57,094 nt of DNA. It comes from a virus. Its lineage: Duplodnaviria > Caudoviricetes. The notes under the pieces are model-generated. The model had not been told where the DNA came from. It ran no database searches and saw only the letters and a program-made list of their open reading frames with translations. Below, piece after piece: positions 10,931 through 20,457 of this stretch (position 1 is its first letter; every line of letters starts with the position of its first letter). The stretch spans positions 1-57,094 of IMG/VR virus record IMGVR_UViG_3300037502_003174; one strand, written 5' to 3'. The position numbers and the translations under genes were made by a program.

Positions 10931-11265
10931 GCGCGCGGAAGCTCCGCCCGGGGATGGTCATCCGGGAGAAGCCGATCCGGCGCGGTGATCTGCCCCGGCA
11001 TTCGCTGATCACCTCGGTCGGCGCCGGCGGGGTGGCGGTGATGCGGCCCGCCGTGGAGCATTCGATCTGGCGCCCGATCTGGCCGCTCCTGCGGGCGCTG
11101 CGGGCCGGAACGGCCGAGATCGTCACGGTGCCGTGCGGTCCCTGCGGGGCGCCGCTCACGGACTACGACGCGGCGCGGATGCTCCTGCGGTGCCGGAAGT
11201 GTGGCACGCCGCACTCGGCGACGATGTGGAGCATCCTGGCGCTGATCCGGCGGGGCGAGTCGTGA
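10927..11265 (+). CDS. Hypothetical zinc-ribbon protein
   Basis: GTGA overlap; CGPC...CRKC. Confidence 0.6.
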   Translation: MSARKLRPGMVIREKPIRRGDLPRHSLITSVGAGGVAVMRPAVEHSIWRPIWPLLRALRAGTAEIVTVPCGPCGAPLTDYDAARMLLRCRKCGTPHSATMWSILALIRRGES

Positions 11266-11504
11266 ACCCCGCCGAGCGGTGGCTCGCGGCCCGCCAAGCC
11301 GCGGCCGAGGCGCGGGAGCGCGCCCGGGAGGCGCCCGAGCACGGCCCGCAACTGACGCTGGAGGGCGCGAGCCTGGAGGCTGAGGCGGCCCGCCTGGCGG
11401 CGCAGGAGAAGGCCGCGCAAGCGGCGGTGGACAGGGATCCGGCCGGGCGGTGGTCGCTCGGCGGGGGATGGTCGGTGGTGAGGATGGAGGTGCGGCATGG
11501 GTGA
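11262..11504 (+). CDS. Hypothetical protein
   Basis: GTGA overlap within a chain of coupled ORFs. Confidence 0.55.
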   Translation: MNPAERWLAARQAAAEARERAREAPEHGPQLTLEGASLEAEAARLAAQEKAAQAAVDRDPAGRWSLGGGWSVVRMEVRHG

Positions 11505-12156
11505 GACGGGTTGCTATCGGTGCACCGGGCAAGAGCGGTTCGAGGGCGCGATCTGTGACGGCTGCGGGTCTGTTGCCGACGGGCGCGGCGGGTTCGCGCG
11601 GCCGGAGCCGGTGCTGTCGGTCGGCGAACCGATGTGGCTCCTGTGGACGGGAGACGAGTACGACCAGCGGGATTCCAAGGACGATGCTGTCATCCGGTTC
11701 GATGCCATCGTTCAAGAGATGGAGAGCGACGCGTGGTCGGATGGCGAGTGGCCGGAGGACGCCGAGAGCGCGCCGGTGCTGTGGGTCGCGTACCCACTCC
11801 AGCGCCACACGCTGGTCCCCGACGTCGACGAGGACGGCGCCGATGTGTCGCGGTCGGAGGTGGTCGAGTACGCCGACCCGGTCGCCACCCTCACCGCCGA
11901 GCGCGACCAGGCCCGCGCCGAGCGCGACGCAGCCCAGGACACCGCCGCCCAGGCGATCGCCGACTTCGATCGGGTCGTCCGGGAGCGGGACGAGGCGCGT
12001 ACAGTGGCCCGCAACGCGATCCGAGAAGTCATTCACCTCGCGGCCAGGGTTGCTCAGGGCCACTATGGGGAGGACGACAATGGTAGCCACGGGAGACTCG
12101 CCATCGCGCTGCGCGACATCGCGAACAAGCTGCGAACGGCCGGGGTGGCGGAATGA
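11497..12156 (+). CDS. Hypothetical protein (CxxC pair, acidic, C-terminal coiled coil)
   Basis: GGAGG RBS; ERDQARAERD repeats. Confidence 0.7.
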   Translation: MGETGCYRCTGQERFEGAICDGCGSVADGRGGFARPEPVLSVGEPMWLLWTGDEYDQRDSKDDAVIRFDAIVQEMESDAWSDGEWPEDAESAPVLWVAYPLQRHTLVPDVDEDGADVSRSEVVEYADPVATLTAERDQARAERDAAQDTAAQAIADFDRVVRERDEARTVARNAIREVIHLAARVAQGHYGEDDNGSHGRLAIALRDIANKLRTAGVAE

Positions 12157-12374
12157 CGCCGCGTGGATGGGCCGTTGCCCTGCTGCTTGCCGTTGTCACG
12201 GGTTGCGGGCTTCCCGTGCCTACAGTGCGGGTGTGCCGCGAGGAAATCCTACGCCCCGAGCGCGCCTCAGGCTTGGAGGCGATGTGCGGGTCGCTGGACG
12301 CACGGATCGAGAAGCTGGACGGGCGCTTTGTGTGCCGCTGCCCGCCTCCGACCGTCGAGCGAGGCGAACCGTGA
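12153..12374 (+). CDS. Small Cys-rich lipoprotein
   Basis: Hydrophobic signal ending in lipobox VTGC; ATGA overlap. Confidence 0.65.
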   Translation: MTPRGWAVALLLAVVTGCGLPVPTVRVCREEILRPERASGLEAMCGSLDARIEKLDGRFVCRCPPPTVERGEP

Positions 12375-12784
12375 CCCGGGAACTTCAACGCGCGATCAAG
12401 GCGGCCACTCAGGACCTGGAACGCGTCTCGCCTGCGGGTCGCGCGCTCGGTGGGCGGGTCGCGGCGATGGCGGAAGCCGGAGAGCGGATCATCGTGGCGG
12501 CCCTGGGTGATCGGCCCATGCCTCGCGAGATCCGGATCCGAAGCAGCATGTGCCCGACCTGCGCGTGCCGCCCGGGGACGGTGCCGAACGGCTGCGCTCA
12601 GACGCAGATGGACCTGCTGAAAGCGGCATCGGAGGGCGGATCGTTCGCCTGTCACTCGCCGCTGGACGGCACGCTCTGCCGAGGGTGGGCCGCCGTTCGG
12701 GCCTTCGTCGTCCGCCACCCGCTGCCCCGGCGGATGCGGCGGGCACTCCAGCGCCACACCTACAGCCCGCCGGACGAGACCTGA
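12371..12784 (+). CDS. Cys-rich hypothetical protein (DUF6283-like)
   Basis: CPTCACRPG...FACH...LCRGW pattern; GTGA overlap. Confidence 0.6.
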   Translation: MTRELQRAIKAATQDLERVSPAGRALGGRVAAMAEAGERIIVAALGDRPMPREIRIRSSMCPTCACRPGTVPNGCAQTQMDLLKAASEGGSFACHSPLDGTLCRGWAAVRAFVVRHPLPRRMRRALQRHTYSPPDET

Positions 12785-12787
12785 AGC

Positions 12788-12985
12788 TCACCGCCGGCTC
12801 ATTGCCCGCGCCCGCTCCTCGGAGATCGTGGCCAACTCGTCAAACAGGCCGCGGACTTCCTCGATCGTCAGCGCGTTGAATCCGGCGGGCCCGCCCAGCC
12901 CGCCGCAGGCCTCCGCCGCCCGGGCGAACCAGCGGATCCAGTCGGCGCCGCTGATCCCGGCCTCCCGGACGGCATCAGAAAACAC
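12788..12985 (-). CDS. Second tail assembly chaperone ORF (probable frameshift extension)
   Basis: Overlaps the end of the upstream chaperone; no clear RBS; ends LTIEEVRGLFDEL...EERARAMSRR. Confidence 0.6.
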   Translation of the reverse strand: MFSDAVREAGISGADWIRWFARAAEACGGLGGPAGFNALTIEEVRGLFDELATISEERARAMSRR

Positions 12986-13763
12986 CGGACAAGGCCCGCA
13001 ACGGGATGGACACGGTATGCCCACAGGCAGGGCACGTCGTCTCCGCCGCGCCCTGCACGGTCAGGGTGATCGCCTGGAGCGCCCGATCGATGGCCGCCGC
13101 GTCGCGGTCGTCGAGGTCCTCAACCGCCGCCGTCGGGAGGCGCCCGATCCGCGGGTCGTCGGTCCCGGTGACGCCCGACTCAATCGCGTCGGCAAGGAGC
13201 TGCGCGACGTTAACCGCGCCCGGTCGATGGTGGGCGTACAGGCCGCCGTGCGAGGGCGGAGACAGGGTCAGGACCCGCACGACGGCCGGGCCCAGGGTGA
13301 CGGGCTCCCGGAGGGCGTAGAGCGCCCCTGGCGGCTCGCCAGCGCCGCCCCAGCAGGCGACTTCCGCCGCGCCCAGGTCGTATGTCTGCGTCGACGAGCG
13401 CTTGCACGCGGGGCAGGTGTGCGCCCACTGGACGCCGTCGGGGTGGAGGTGGGCGAGGAGCGAGATCGTCAGCGTCTCGACGTCGCCCGAGGGCAGGCCG
13501 AGCAGCTCCCCGGCGAGGCGCCCGCGGTCGGCGTCGGCGACGGGCATCCCGCGCCAGGTCGAGAGCGCCGCGGCGATCCGCTGGACGAGGCCGCGGGCGT
13601 CGCCGGCCTTCGCCTCGCCGATGGCCTTGTGGAGCCCGAGGTTCCGCCGGCGCCAGCCGAAGGGGATCCGCGTCGTGGGAGTCATGCCGAGGTCGCGGAT
13701 GCGGATCGCGGTTGTCGGCGTTTCGGAAAGCCGGGCCTCGCCCGGGGTGATGTTGTCGTGCAT
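12975..13763 (-). CDS. Tail assembly chaperone (T4 gp26-like, two CPAC motifs)
   Basis: Follows the tail tube gene; TCPACK and TCPACG; DLDDRDAAAI. Confidence 0.75.
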   Translation of the reverse strand: MHDNITPGEARLSETPTTAIRIRDLGMTPTTRIPFGWRRRNLGLHKAIGEAKAGDARGLVQRIAAALSTWRGMPVADADRGRLAGELLGLPSGDVETLTISLLAHLHPDGVQWAHTCPACKRSSTQTYDLGAAEVACWGGAGEPPGALYALREPVTLGPAVVRVLTLSPPSHGGLYAHHRPGAVNVAQLLADAIESGVTGTDDPRIGRLPTAAVEDLDDRDAAAIDRALQAITLTVQGAAETTCPACGHTVSIPLRALSGVF

Positions 13764-13908
13764 TCCCAACCTCCAGAGCAGGCGACCGGCCAGCCGGAGG
13801 CTGGGATGCTCGACCGACCGGCGCCCGCTGGGACGGCGTAGCCCGCCCGAAACGGAAGCGCCCCGGGAGCCACAAGGGCCGCCGGGGCGCTGGGAGACAG
13901 GCGAGGGC

Positions 13909-14352
13909 TCAGAGCGTCTTGATCACGCTGTCGATGGAGCAGGAGTAGACGATCTCGGTCGCCTCGGTGGACGTCTTGTCGAGGTCGCCCAACGACCACT
14001 TGGTCGGGAACATCCCGGCGAGCGCGTAGATCGCGACCGGGACGTCGTCAGCGCCCATGACCTCGACGGTGGCGGCGCGCTTGTAGCCGGGCGATCCCGC
14101 CTGCGACTGCACCCACCAGGCATCCCAGGCCGCGGCTTCGACGCTGTGGTGGACGTAGCCGGAGACGTCGGCGGTGCTCGCCTTGGTGTGCCCGGCCGAC
14201 TGCATGGTGCGATCGGCAAGCTCCACCGTCTCAAGCTCGCTCTCGAGCCCGGCGAACTTGGAGGCGTAGAACGGCGGGAGCCCCGCAACGGTCACGCGGA
14301 ACTTGGAGCGCGGCGCGGCGCCCGGCAGCACTTCGCCCTTGATGTTGCTCAT
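13909..14352 (-). CDS. Tail tube protein (gp19-like)
   Basis: KFRVTVAG, YKRAATVEVM, FPTKWSLGDLD; follows the sheath gene. Confidence 0.9.
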   Translation of the reverse strand: MSNIKGEVLPGAAPRSKFRVTVAGLPPFYASKFAGLESELETVELADRTMQSAGHTKASTADVSGYVHHSVEAAAWDAWWVQSQAGSPGYKRAATVEVMGADDVPVAIYALAGMFPTKWSLGDLDKTSTEATEIVYSCSIDSVIKTL

Positions 14353-17081
14353 GCGACCTCGCTATCGGCGGACACGCCGCCCGGGTTGACGGTGAAGACG
14401 ACGCGCTCCGAGGTGCCCCGGATGGTGAAGGCGATTTCGATGTGGAGCTCGCCCGCGGCGCGGGTGGCGGCGGTGTTGTTGGACGAGTCGACCTTGATCG
14501 ACACCTGGTCCTCAAACCCGGAGCCGCGAGCGTCGTCGAACCAGCCCGCCCGGTACCACGGGAGGAACAGGTCGCGGACGACGCGGCGCGCCTCGGCGAA
14601 CAGGGAGACGGAAAGCGGCTGGAACACCAGGCTCTCCGTCTCGGTCAGCAGCACCCGGCCGATGTGGGACAGCGCGATCCGCTTGTGGGCGAACGGAAGC
14701 GTCCCGTTGTACCCGGCGATCCGGTCGCCCCAGCTCTCGATCTGCGGGCCGCGCTTGCGCAGCGCGATCAGGCCGTAGGAGTTGAGGGCTTCGAGGTCCA
14801 GCGACCGATCCCCGGTCGGGAGGTCGAGGGCGATCGGGTTGAGGCCGAGCCGCGCGAAGGCGATCGCGTGGCTGTTGGCGTCGGACACCTGGCGGGCGCG
14901 GGCGCCGAGGAGCAGGCCCGTCGCGGTGCACGTGTAGGTGCCGGGCCGCGCCACGTTGACCGCGAACGGGTCGCGGATCTTGACGTAGGACGGGAAGAAC
15001 GTCACGCTGTAGTCTTGGTCCGCCCCGACCGCGAGGTTCGTCGCGTGTTCGGCGAGCGCCCCGGCCTCGGTGGTGGTGGCGTCGTCGATCTCGCAGACCG
15101 CGAGGGCGTTCTTGGCGGCGGCCCAGGCGATCAGCGCCTGTTGCACGGAGGCGGTGGTCACGCCGGGGACGGCGGCCACGATGGCGCCCGTGGAGAGGCT
15201 GTCGAGGGACGACAGGATCGCGCTCGGCCCGATGGCAAGGGCGGCCTCGTAGTCGGCGGCGGCCAGGGAGGCGTAGCCGTCGACGCCGCCGGAGAGCTCC
15301 TGCGCCCACTGGAGGCGGAGGATCTGGCCGTCGGTGCCGGCGTAGCTGTTGCCGTTCGTGAACCCGAGCTTGCTGTTCAGCCCGCCGTTCCCGACGACGA
15401 TCGTGGCGGCCGATCCGTAGTCCTGCAGCGCGGTCACCTTGATCTTGTTGTCGCTGGTCGCCTCAAACACCACCGTCTTGTCGGCGGCGACGCTCGACAC
15501 GCGGGACAGCTCCTGCGCGTTCAGGTCGGCCGCGAGCGCGGCGGCGGTCGTGGTCGCGCCCGAAAGCGACGAGGTGAGGGTGATGTTCCCCCGCCCGCCG
15601 ACGTTCAGGATCACGGTCTTGGTGCCGCTGCTGAGGTCGTAGGTGCCGGCGACCGACCCGGTGAAGGTCGGCGGCTGCGCGACGTCGATATCGCTGCCGG
15701 GGCTCGACTCTAGGGTCACCGCCTTGTGGGTGTTGCCGGTGATCCGCCACTTGAGCCGCTGGTTGCCCTGGCTCGGGGCGGCGGCGGCGTACAGGTAGCC
15801 CCGGCGCCCGGCGAGGCCGCTCGGGAGCGCCTGCACGGTGAAGACGATCACGGTGTCGGTGTCCGCGCCCGTCCCGCCGGCCCGGACGGTGAACCCGGGG
15901 AGGAAGGCGTTCGGAGCGGCATACGCGCTGCCCACGGTGCCACTCGGGAGGTTCCGGGCGGTGCCGCCATCGGCGTAGGTGGCGCTCACGTCGAACGCGG
16001 TGGAGCTCGTGAACGTGAGGGTCACGGTGCAGGGCTTCGGATCGGTGCCCCAGGTGACATCGTTGATGATGTCGATGTACGGGTTCCCCGTGCCGGATCG
16101 CGTCCAGCCGACGGTGAGCAGCTCGATCGTGCTGCTGACGGTCGTCCCCGGCTTCACGATCCCGGCCCAGTTGGCCGGGCGGTTCAGGGCGGCGTTCGGG
16201 TCGCCGCTGAAGGCCGCGTCGTCGACCTGGACCTCGTAGTTGATGGCGTCCTGGCTGAGCTGCGTCTTCCAGTAGGCGCCGTCTTCGTCGTCGAGGTGGA
16301 GGCCGTCGTAGCTGCGGACGGTGGCGCCGTCGCGCAACACCCCGAGCCCGAAGCGCTCAGCATCGGCGGCCGCGTCGTAGATCTCGACGGCGAGCCCTTC
16401 GCGGTTGCCCGTCAGGTCGCTCACGTTGTCGAGCCACAGGACGTAGCGCCCATCGGTCCCCGAGGAGAGGCCGCTCGGGAACCCGCCCGCGACGGTCAGG
16501 ACGCCGGCGGTGGTGTTGCTCTCGACGGTGCCGACCCAGGTGGCGTTGTCGTAGGGGAACGAGATCGAAGCGCCCTTCCAGGCGTCCTTGACCATGGTGT
16601 GGGCGAGGTCGATCGTGGACCCGCTGATCGCGCTGGAGAGCGTCACGTCACCGGTCGTCCGGTTGCGGCGCCCGCCGCGGCGCCCGCCGTTGTCGGCGGA
16701 GACGGTCGCGATCACGGGGGCCGGGGTGACGGCGGAGATCTCGACCACCGACGTCGCGGCGGCGCGGGAGCGGACCGGGAGGGAGGCGGAGACCTGATCG
16801 CCGTCGGCGACGCGGGCGCACCACAGCTCCCCGGCGCCCTGGCTCATCGAGAACCAGTGCTGCGCGGCAAGCGGCGCCTGCGACTCGCGGGTGATCCCGC
16901 CGAAGATGCGGCTGAACTCGGCGAGCGAGGCGCAGCGGACAACCTCGTCGAGCGGGCCGGAGCGGAACGCCCCGACGAGAACGGACGTCCCCAGGGTCCC
17001 GGGGCGGCGCGGCTGATCGGCCGGCATCTCCCGGACCTGGGATCCGGGGGCGCGGATAGCGCCGAACACACGGATACTCAT
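14349..17081 (-). CDS. Contractile tail sheath protein, enlarged (910 aa)
   Basis: VLVGAFRSGPLDE, LSGGVDG, SWGDR, VFQP...LF, GELHIEIAF..SERVVF. Confidence 0.92.
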   Translation of the reverse strand: MSIRVFGAIRAPGSQVREMPADQPRRPGTLGTSVLVGAFRSGPLDEVVRCASLAEFSRIFGGITRESQAPLAAQHWFSMSQGAGELWCARVADGDQVSASLPVRSRAAATSVVEISAVTPAPVIATVSADNGGRRGGRRNRTTGDVTLSSAISGSTIDLAHTMVKDAWKGASISFPYDNATWVGTVESNTTAGVLTVAGGFPSGLSSGTDGRYVLWLDNVSDLTGNREGLAVEIYDAAADAERFGLGVLRDGATVRSYDGLHLDDEDGAYWKTQLSQDAINYEVQVDDAAFSGDPNAALNRPANWAGIVKPGTTVSSTIELLTVGWTRSGTGNPYIDIINDVTWGTDPKPCTVTLTFTSSTAFDVSATYADGGTARNLPSGTVGSAYAAPNAFLPGFTVRAGGTGADTDTVIVFTVQALPSGLAGRRGYLYAAAAPSQGNQRLKWRITGNTHKAVTLESSPGSDIDVAQPPTFTGSVAGTYDLSSGTKTVILNVGGRGNITLTSSLSGATTTAAALAADLNAQELSRVSSVAADKTVVFEATSDNKIKVTALQDYGSAATIVVGNGGLNSKLGFTNGNSYAGTDGQILRLQWAQELSGGVDGYASLAAADYEAALAIGPSAILSSLDSLSTGAIVAAVPGVTTASVQQALIAWAAAKNALAVCEIDDATTTEAGALAEHATNLAVGADQDYSVTFFPSYVKIRDPFAVNVARPGTYTCTATGLLLGARARQVSDANSHAIAFARLGLNPIALDLPTGDRSLDLEALNSYGLIALRKRGPQIESWGDRIAGYNGTLPFAHKRIALSHIGRVLLTETESLVFQPLSVSLFAEARRVVRDLFLPWYRAGWFDDARGSGFEDQVSIKVDSSNNTAATRAAGELHIEIAFTIRGTSERVVFTVNPGGVSADSEVA

Positions 17082-18361
17082 GGTTCCTCCAGAGCAGTTG
17101 AGACGGTCCCTGATAGGACCACGGTGGACACGGAGAGCGGACCGGCCGAGTAGGACACCCGCCACGTCGCGGCCGACTCGGGGACGCCGGCGCTCAGGCC
17201 CTCGTTCCCGGTTCTGAACGCGCTGATCTCGCGGACGTCGATCACGGCTCCCGTCTCCTGGCTGACGAGGGAGCGATACCGCGCCGGGCCAAGGTAGGCG
17301 CGCAGGGAGGTCGCGATCTCGCGGAGGTCGTCTTGGAGCTCGGCGATGATGCGGACGCCGAGCGTCGTCGAGAGGCGCGTTTCGCCGGCGTAGCGGCGGG
17401 CGGTGACGGGCGAGGCGGCCGTCGAGCGAATGAGGGCGTAGCCGTCCGGCGGGCCGATCTCCGGGTCGCCCTGGAGGCTCAGGAGCACCGTTGGCGTCGC
17501 CTGGATCGCGCTGACGTCGCGGTGGTTGTGGACCGCCACGCGGAGCGAGTACCGGCCCTCAAACCGCAGGATGTGGCCGTTCAGGTGGTCGTGAACGGTC
17601 GGCGTCCACGTCGCGTCAACACCGGCCACAAACGTTCCGGTGTGGGTCGACTCCTCGTTGTCGAGATGGATCACCGCGTCGGCGTCTGTCCAGATGTACG
17701 ACGTTTCGCCTTGGTTCAACGACTGCGGGGCGCCGTTGCCCTGGCACTCCCATTCCACCGCGCCGAAGGCCCTCACGGCGGCCAAGGCGGCGCGGAGGGT
17801 CGCGAGCATGTCCCGCTCGGCGCTGCCCTTCCGGGTGCCATAGGCGACGCGCGCGCCGTAGAACGCCGGAGTCACGTCGTCATCCGTCGTCGCGAGCGCG
17901 CACAGGAACGCGATCCGGCGAGCGGTCACGGGGTGCGTCGCGAGGTTCGCCTCGATCTGGGCCTTCGTCGACCAGTGCGAATCCGTCGTCGCGGTCGCCC
18001 AGGCCGAGCCCGTCCAGTACCGCAGGGTCGTCCCGTCCCACGTCCGGTAGGCGGTCGACGTCCCGGTCGGCTTCGACTCGAACAGCTCCACGGCGACGAG
18101 CGAGCGCATCCCGTCGGCCCGCAGGAGGGGCGTGCGGGCCCACCGGCGGGTGCTGTCGACCGGGTAGGGCGCGGCGAGGACGGCGCGGGCGGGGGCGCGC
18201 TCGTTGCCCGGCAGGTCCCAGCCCTGGACCGCTGCGGGTTGTCCGATCTCCCAGGCGACGGCCGAGGACGACCGGTCGATGTACTCCGAGCCGTTGCGGA
18301 GCAGGTAGCTGGCCGGGTCGAGCCACAGGTCGCACACGCGTTCGTCGAGTTGCCGCGTCAT
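17078..18361 (-). CDS. Putative tail terminator/neck protein
   Basis: Position between virion morphogenesis gene and sheath; ATGA overlaps. Confidence 0.55.
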   Translation of the reverse strand: MTRQLDERVCDLWLDPASYLLRNGSEYIDRSSSAVAWEIGQPAAVQGWDLPGNERAPARAVLAAPYPVDSTRRWARTPLLRADGMRSLVAVELFESKPTGTSTAYRTWDGTTLRYWTGSAWATATTDSHWSTKAQIEANLATHPVTARRIAFLCALATTDDDVTPAFYGARVAYGTRKGSAERDMLATLRAALAAVRAFGAVEWECQGNGAPQSLNQGETSYIWTDADAVIHLDNEESTHTGTFVAGVDATWTPTVHDHLNGHILRFEGRYSLRVAVHNHRDVSAIQATPTVLLSLQGDPEIGPPDGYALIRSTAASPVTARRYAGETRLSTTLGVRIIAELQDDLREIATSLRAYLGPARYRSLVSQETGAVIDVREISAFRTGNEGLSAGVPESAATWRVSYSAGPLSVSTVVLSGTVSTALEEP

Positions 18362-19002
18362 CCCTTGGTCCCCCGCCAGTTGGAGCCAGCGCCGGCGCCG
18401 CCCAGGGCCTTGCGTACCGCGATCCGCCACTCCTCGCGAGCGATCCGCTTCATGGCGGGGCTCGTGAGCGGCCGGCGGAGGAAGGGGCGGCCCGGGATGA
18501 TCCACAGGTGCCCGGCGGGGCGGCTGCGGGATGTGGCGAGCTGCGCGGCGGCCTCGGTGGTGACCTTCTTCGACGCGCCCCGGCGCTTCTCTCCGAGCTT
18601 CTTCGCCACCTGAGCCATGACAGCGGCGCGAACCTTGGGGTGCTTCCTCACGTCGATCACGGCGCCTTCGTGGAGGATGCGCGCGATGTTCAGCTGAGCG
18701 GGCGTCTGCTTGAGGACGCCGATCCGCAGGCGGTACCACTCGGGGACCGAGTAGGTGATCGACTGGATCAGGTCGCCCTTGTCGACGAGCGGCGCCGAGC
18801 TGCCCTTGATCGCGATGGTGATCGGGCTGTTCGGGGCGTAGTCCCGGGCGCGGATGCTCTTGACGACGAGGGCGCGACCCTTCAACCCGATCCGGGCGTT
18901 CGCCTTCGCCACCTCCTTGTGGATCGCGGCCTTCACGCGGGCGGGGTCCAGCGCGCGCATCAGGGCGCGCCAGTCGCCGGTCAGCTTCGCGCCGGCGCTC
19001 AC
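18358..19002 (-). CDS. Virion morphogenesis / tail completion protein
   Basis: APNSPITIAIKGSSAPLVDKGDLIQSI, IPGRPFL. Confidence 0.85.
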   Translation of the reverse strand: MSAGAKLTGDWRALMRALDPARVKAAIHKEVAKANARIGLKGRALVVKSIRARDYAPNSPITIAIKGSSAPLVDKGDLIQSITYSVPEWYRLRIGVLKQTPAQLNIARILHEGAVIDVRKHPKVRAAVMAQVAKKLGEKRRGASKKVTTEAAAQLATSRSRPAGHLWIIPGRPFLRRPLTSPAMKRIAREEWRIAVRKALGGAGAGSNWRGTKG

Positions 19003-19433
19003 AGCGACTCGGCGGCCCGGCGCCCCGGGCGGTCGGCGACGTCGAGGATCACGAGATCGCGCGCGGCGGCGGAGCCCAGGCCGAGCTTCCCGCTGCGTCG
19101 GACGCGGACGACGTACCAGCCGACCGTGTCCGTCCAGGTCGCGCCGCGAGCGATCGACTTCAGGCCGGTGATCCGGTCGCCGTCGGCGGGCGTCCACCCG
19201 GAGGCGGCAACGTCGGAGGCGCGGAGGGCGATCTCGGCGACGAGCGGGAGCTCGGGGCCCGCGGCGTCCGGTTGGCGGCCGTTGCGGACCTGCTCGTTGA
19301 CCTGGCCCTGGATCTCGACCGTGTCGGCGCGCGCGATCCGCCGCACCGGCTCCCCGAGGGCGTCCACCTGGGTCCCGGAGCGGTCGATCGGGGCGACCCG
19401 CACCCACTCGCGGCCGATGAGGGTCGGGCGCAT
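18999..19433 (-). CDS. Head closure protein (putative)
   Basis: Synteny; D..GEP...GDRI pattern. Confidence 0.6.
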   Translation of the reverse strand: MRPTLIGREWVRVAPIDRSGTQVDALGEPVRRIARADTVEIQGQVNEQVRNGRQPDAAGPELPLVAEIALRASDVAASGWTPADGDRITGLKSIARGATWTDTVGWYVVRVRRSGKLGLGSAAARDLVILDVADRPGRRAAESL

Positions 19434-19681
19434 CAGCCCTCCCGGGAGCGACGCCGGCGCGGGCTCTCGACAGGGGCGGGAGCGTCGCCAGCGGGCGCAG
19501 GGGCGGCCGGGGCGGGCAGGACGGCCGGCGGGTCGTCCACGGTCAGCAGCGGGCCCAGGACGGCCGCCAGCGCGCGCACGGCGGGGCGGATGGCCTCGGG
19601 GACCAGCGTCCAGACGCCGGGGCGAAGGGGCAGGCCGGCGACCTCGCGGGGGCGGGAGGCGGGGGACAGGCGGACGCGCAT
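19433..19681 (-). CDS. Small hypothetical protein
   Basis: Coupled start/stop with both neighbours. Confidence 0.55.
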   Translation of the reverse strand: MRVRLSPASRPREVAGLPLRPGVWTLVPEAIRPAVRALAAVLGPLLTVDDPPAVLPAPAAPAPAGDAPAPVESPRRRRSREG

Positions 19682-20439
19682 CAGATGCTCCAGGGCGAGC
19701 GACGATCGCGGCGGCTGCGGGAGACGTAGACCGCCGGCGGGCGCCGGTAGTGGGCCAGCGTCTGATCGATAGCCCGGTCGCCGGTCAGGCCGCCGGAGAC
19801 CGCGAGCGGGGACAGCTTGTAGTGCCTGCCCTGGGTCGTCTCTTCGAGCACGCGAGCGGCGCGAGCGTCGTCCTGCGAGGCGACGTCATCGACGGGGATC
19901 AGCGTCCGGCAGCACAGACGGGCGATGCAGTCGAGGATCAGCTCGGGGGTGGACCCGTCGGCCTCGACGTAGCCCCAAGTGGCGGTGACGGAGACGTTCC
20001 CGATCCCGTCCGGCCAGCGGCCGGAGGCGCCCCGGTAGCGGATCACGGGGTCGAGGCGGGGATCGTCCGGGCCCCAGCACGCACCCTCGTTGACCTCCAC
20101 GAGCTCGAGGTCGACGTCGGTGTCGTCGCTCTCCGAGTCGGAGGCGCGCAGGGTGATCGCGGTGACGCCGCCGCCGGCGAGCTGCCCAGCGGAGACGACG
20201 GGGAGCGGGAGCGGGAGGCGGTTCCCGCCGGTCCCGTCGACGGTGAGAGTCGCGGCCACGGGTCGGAACACGCGGCCGGTGTAGCCGTGGAGGTAGGCGG
20301 CCGCGAGCTTCAACGCGGACAAAGCCTCCGCGTCGGTCACGGTCGAGTAGCTGTTACCCATGCGGGTGCGGAGGGCCGTCAGCGCCGTTGCCTGGACGCT
20401 GCCGAAATACTTCCAGGCGTCGAACGCAGGGAACAGCAC
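19681..20439 (-). CDS. Head-tail adaptor
   Basis: AAYLHGYTGRVF, WPDGIGNVSVTATWGY, IDQTLAHYRR. Confidence 0.8.
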   Translation of the reverse strand: MLFPAFDAWKYFGSVQATALTALRTRMGNSYSTVTDAEALSALKLAAAYLHGYTGRVFRPVAATLTVDGTGGNRLPLPLPVVSAGQLAGGGVTAITLRASDSESDDTDVDLELVEVNEGACWGPDDPRLDPVIRYRGASGRWPDGIGNVSVTATWGYVEADGSTPELILDCIARLCCRTLIPVDDVASQDDARAARVLEETTQGRHYKLSPLAVSGGLTGDRAIDQTLAHYRRPPAVYVSRSRRDRRSPWSI

Positions 20440-20457
20440 GAGGCCCTCCAGGGCGAA

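Noticed and set aside
5245-17081. Stand-alone extracellular contractile injection system
   Set aside because: Capsid, portal and terminase are present, so this is a phage tail
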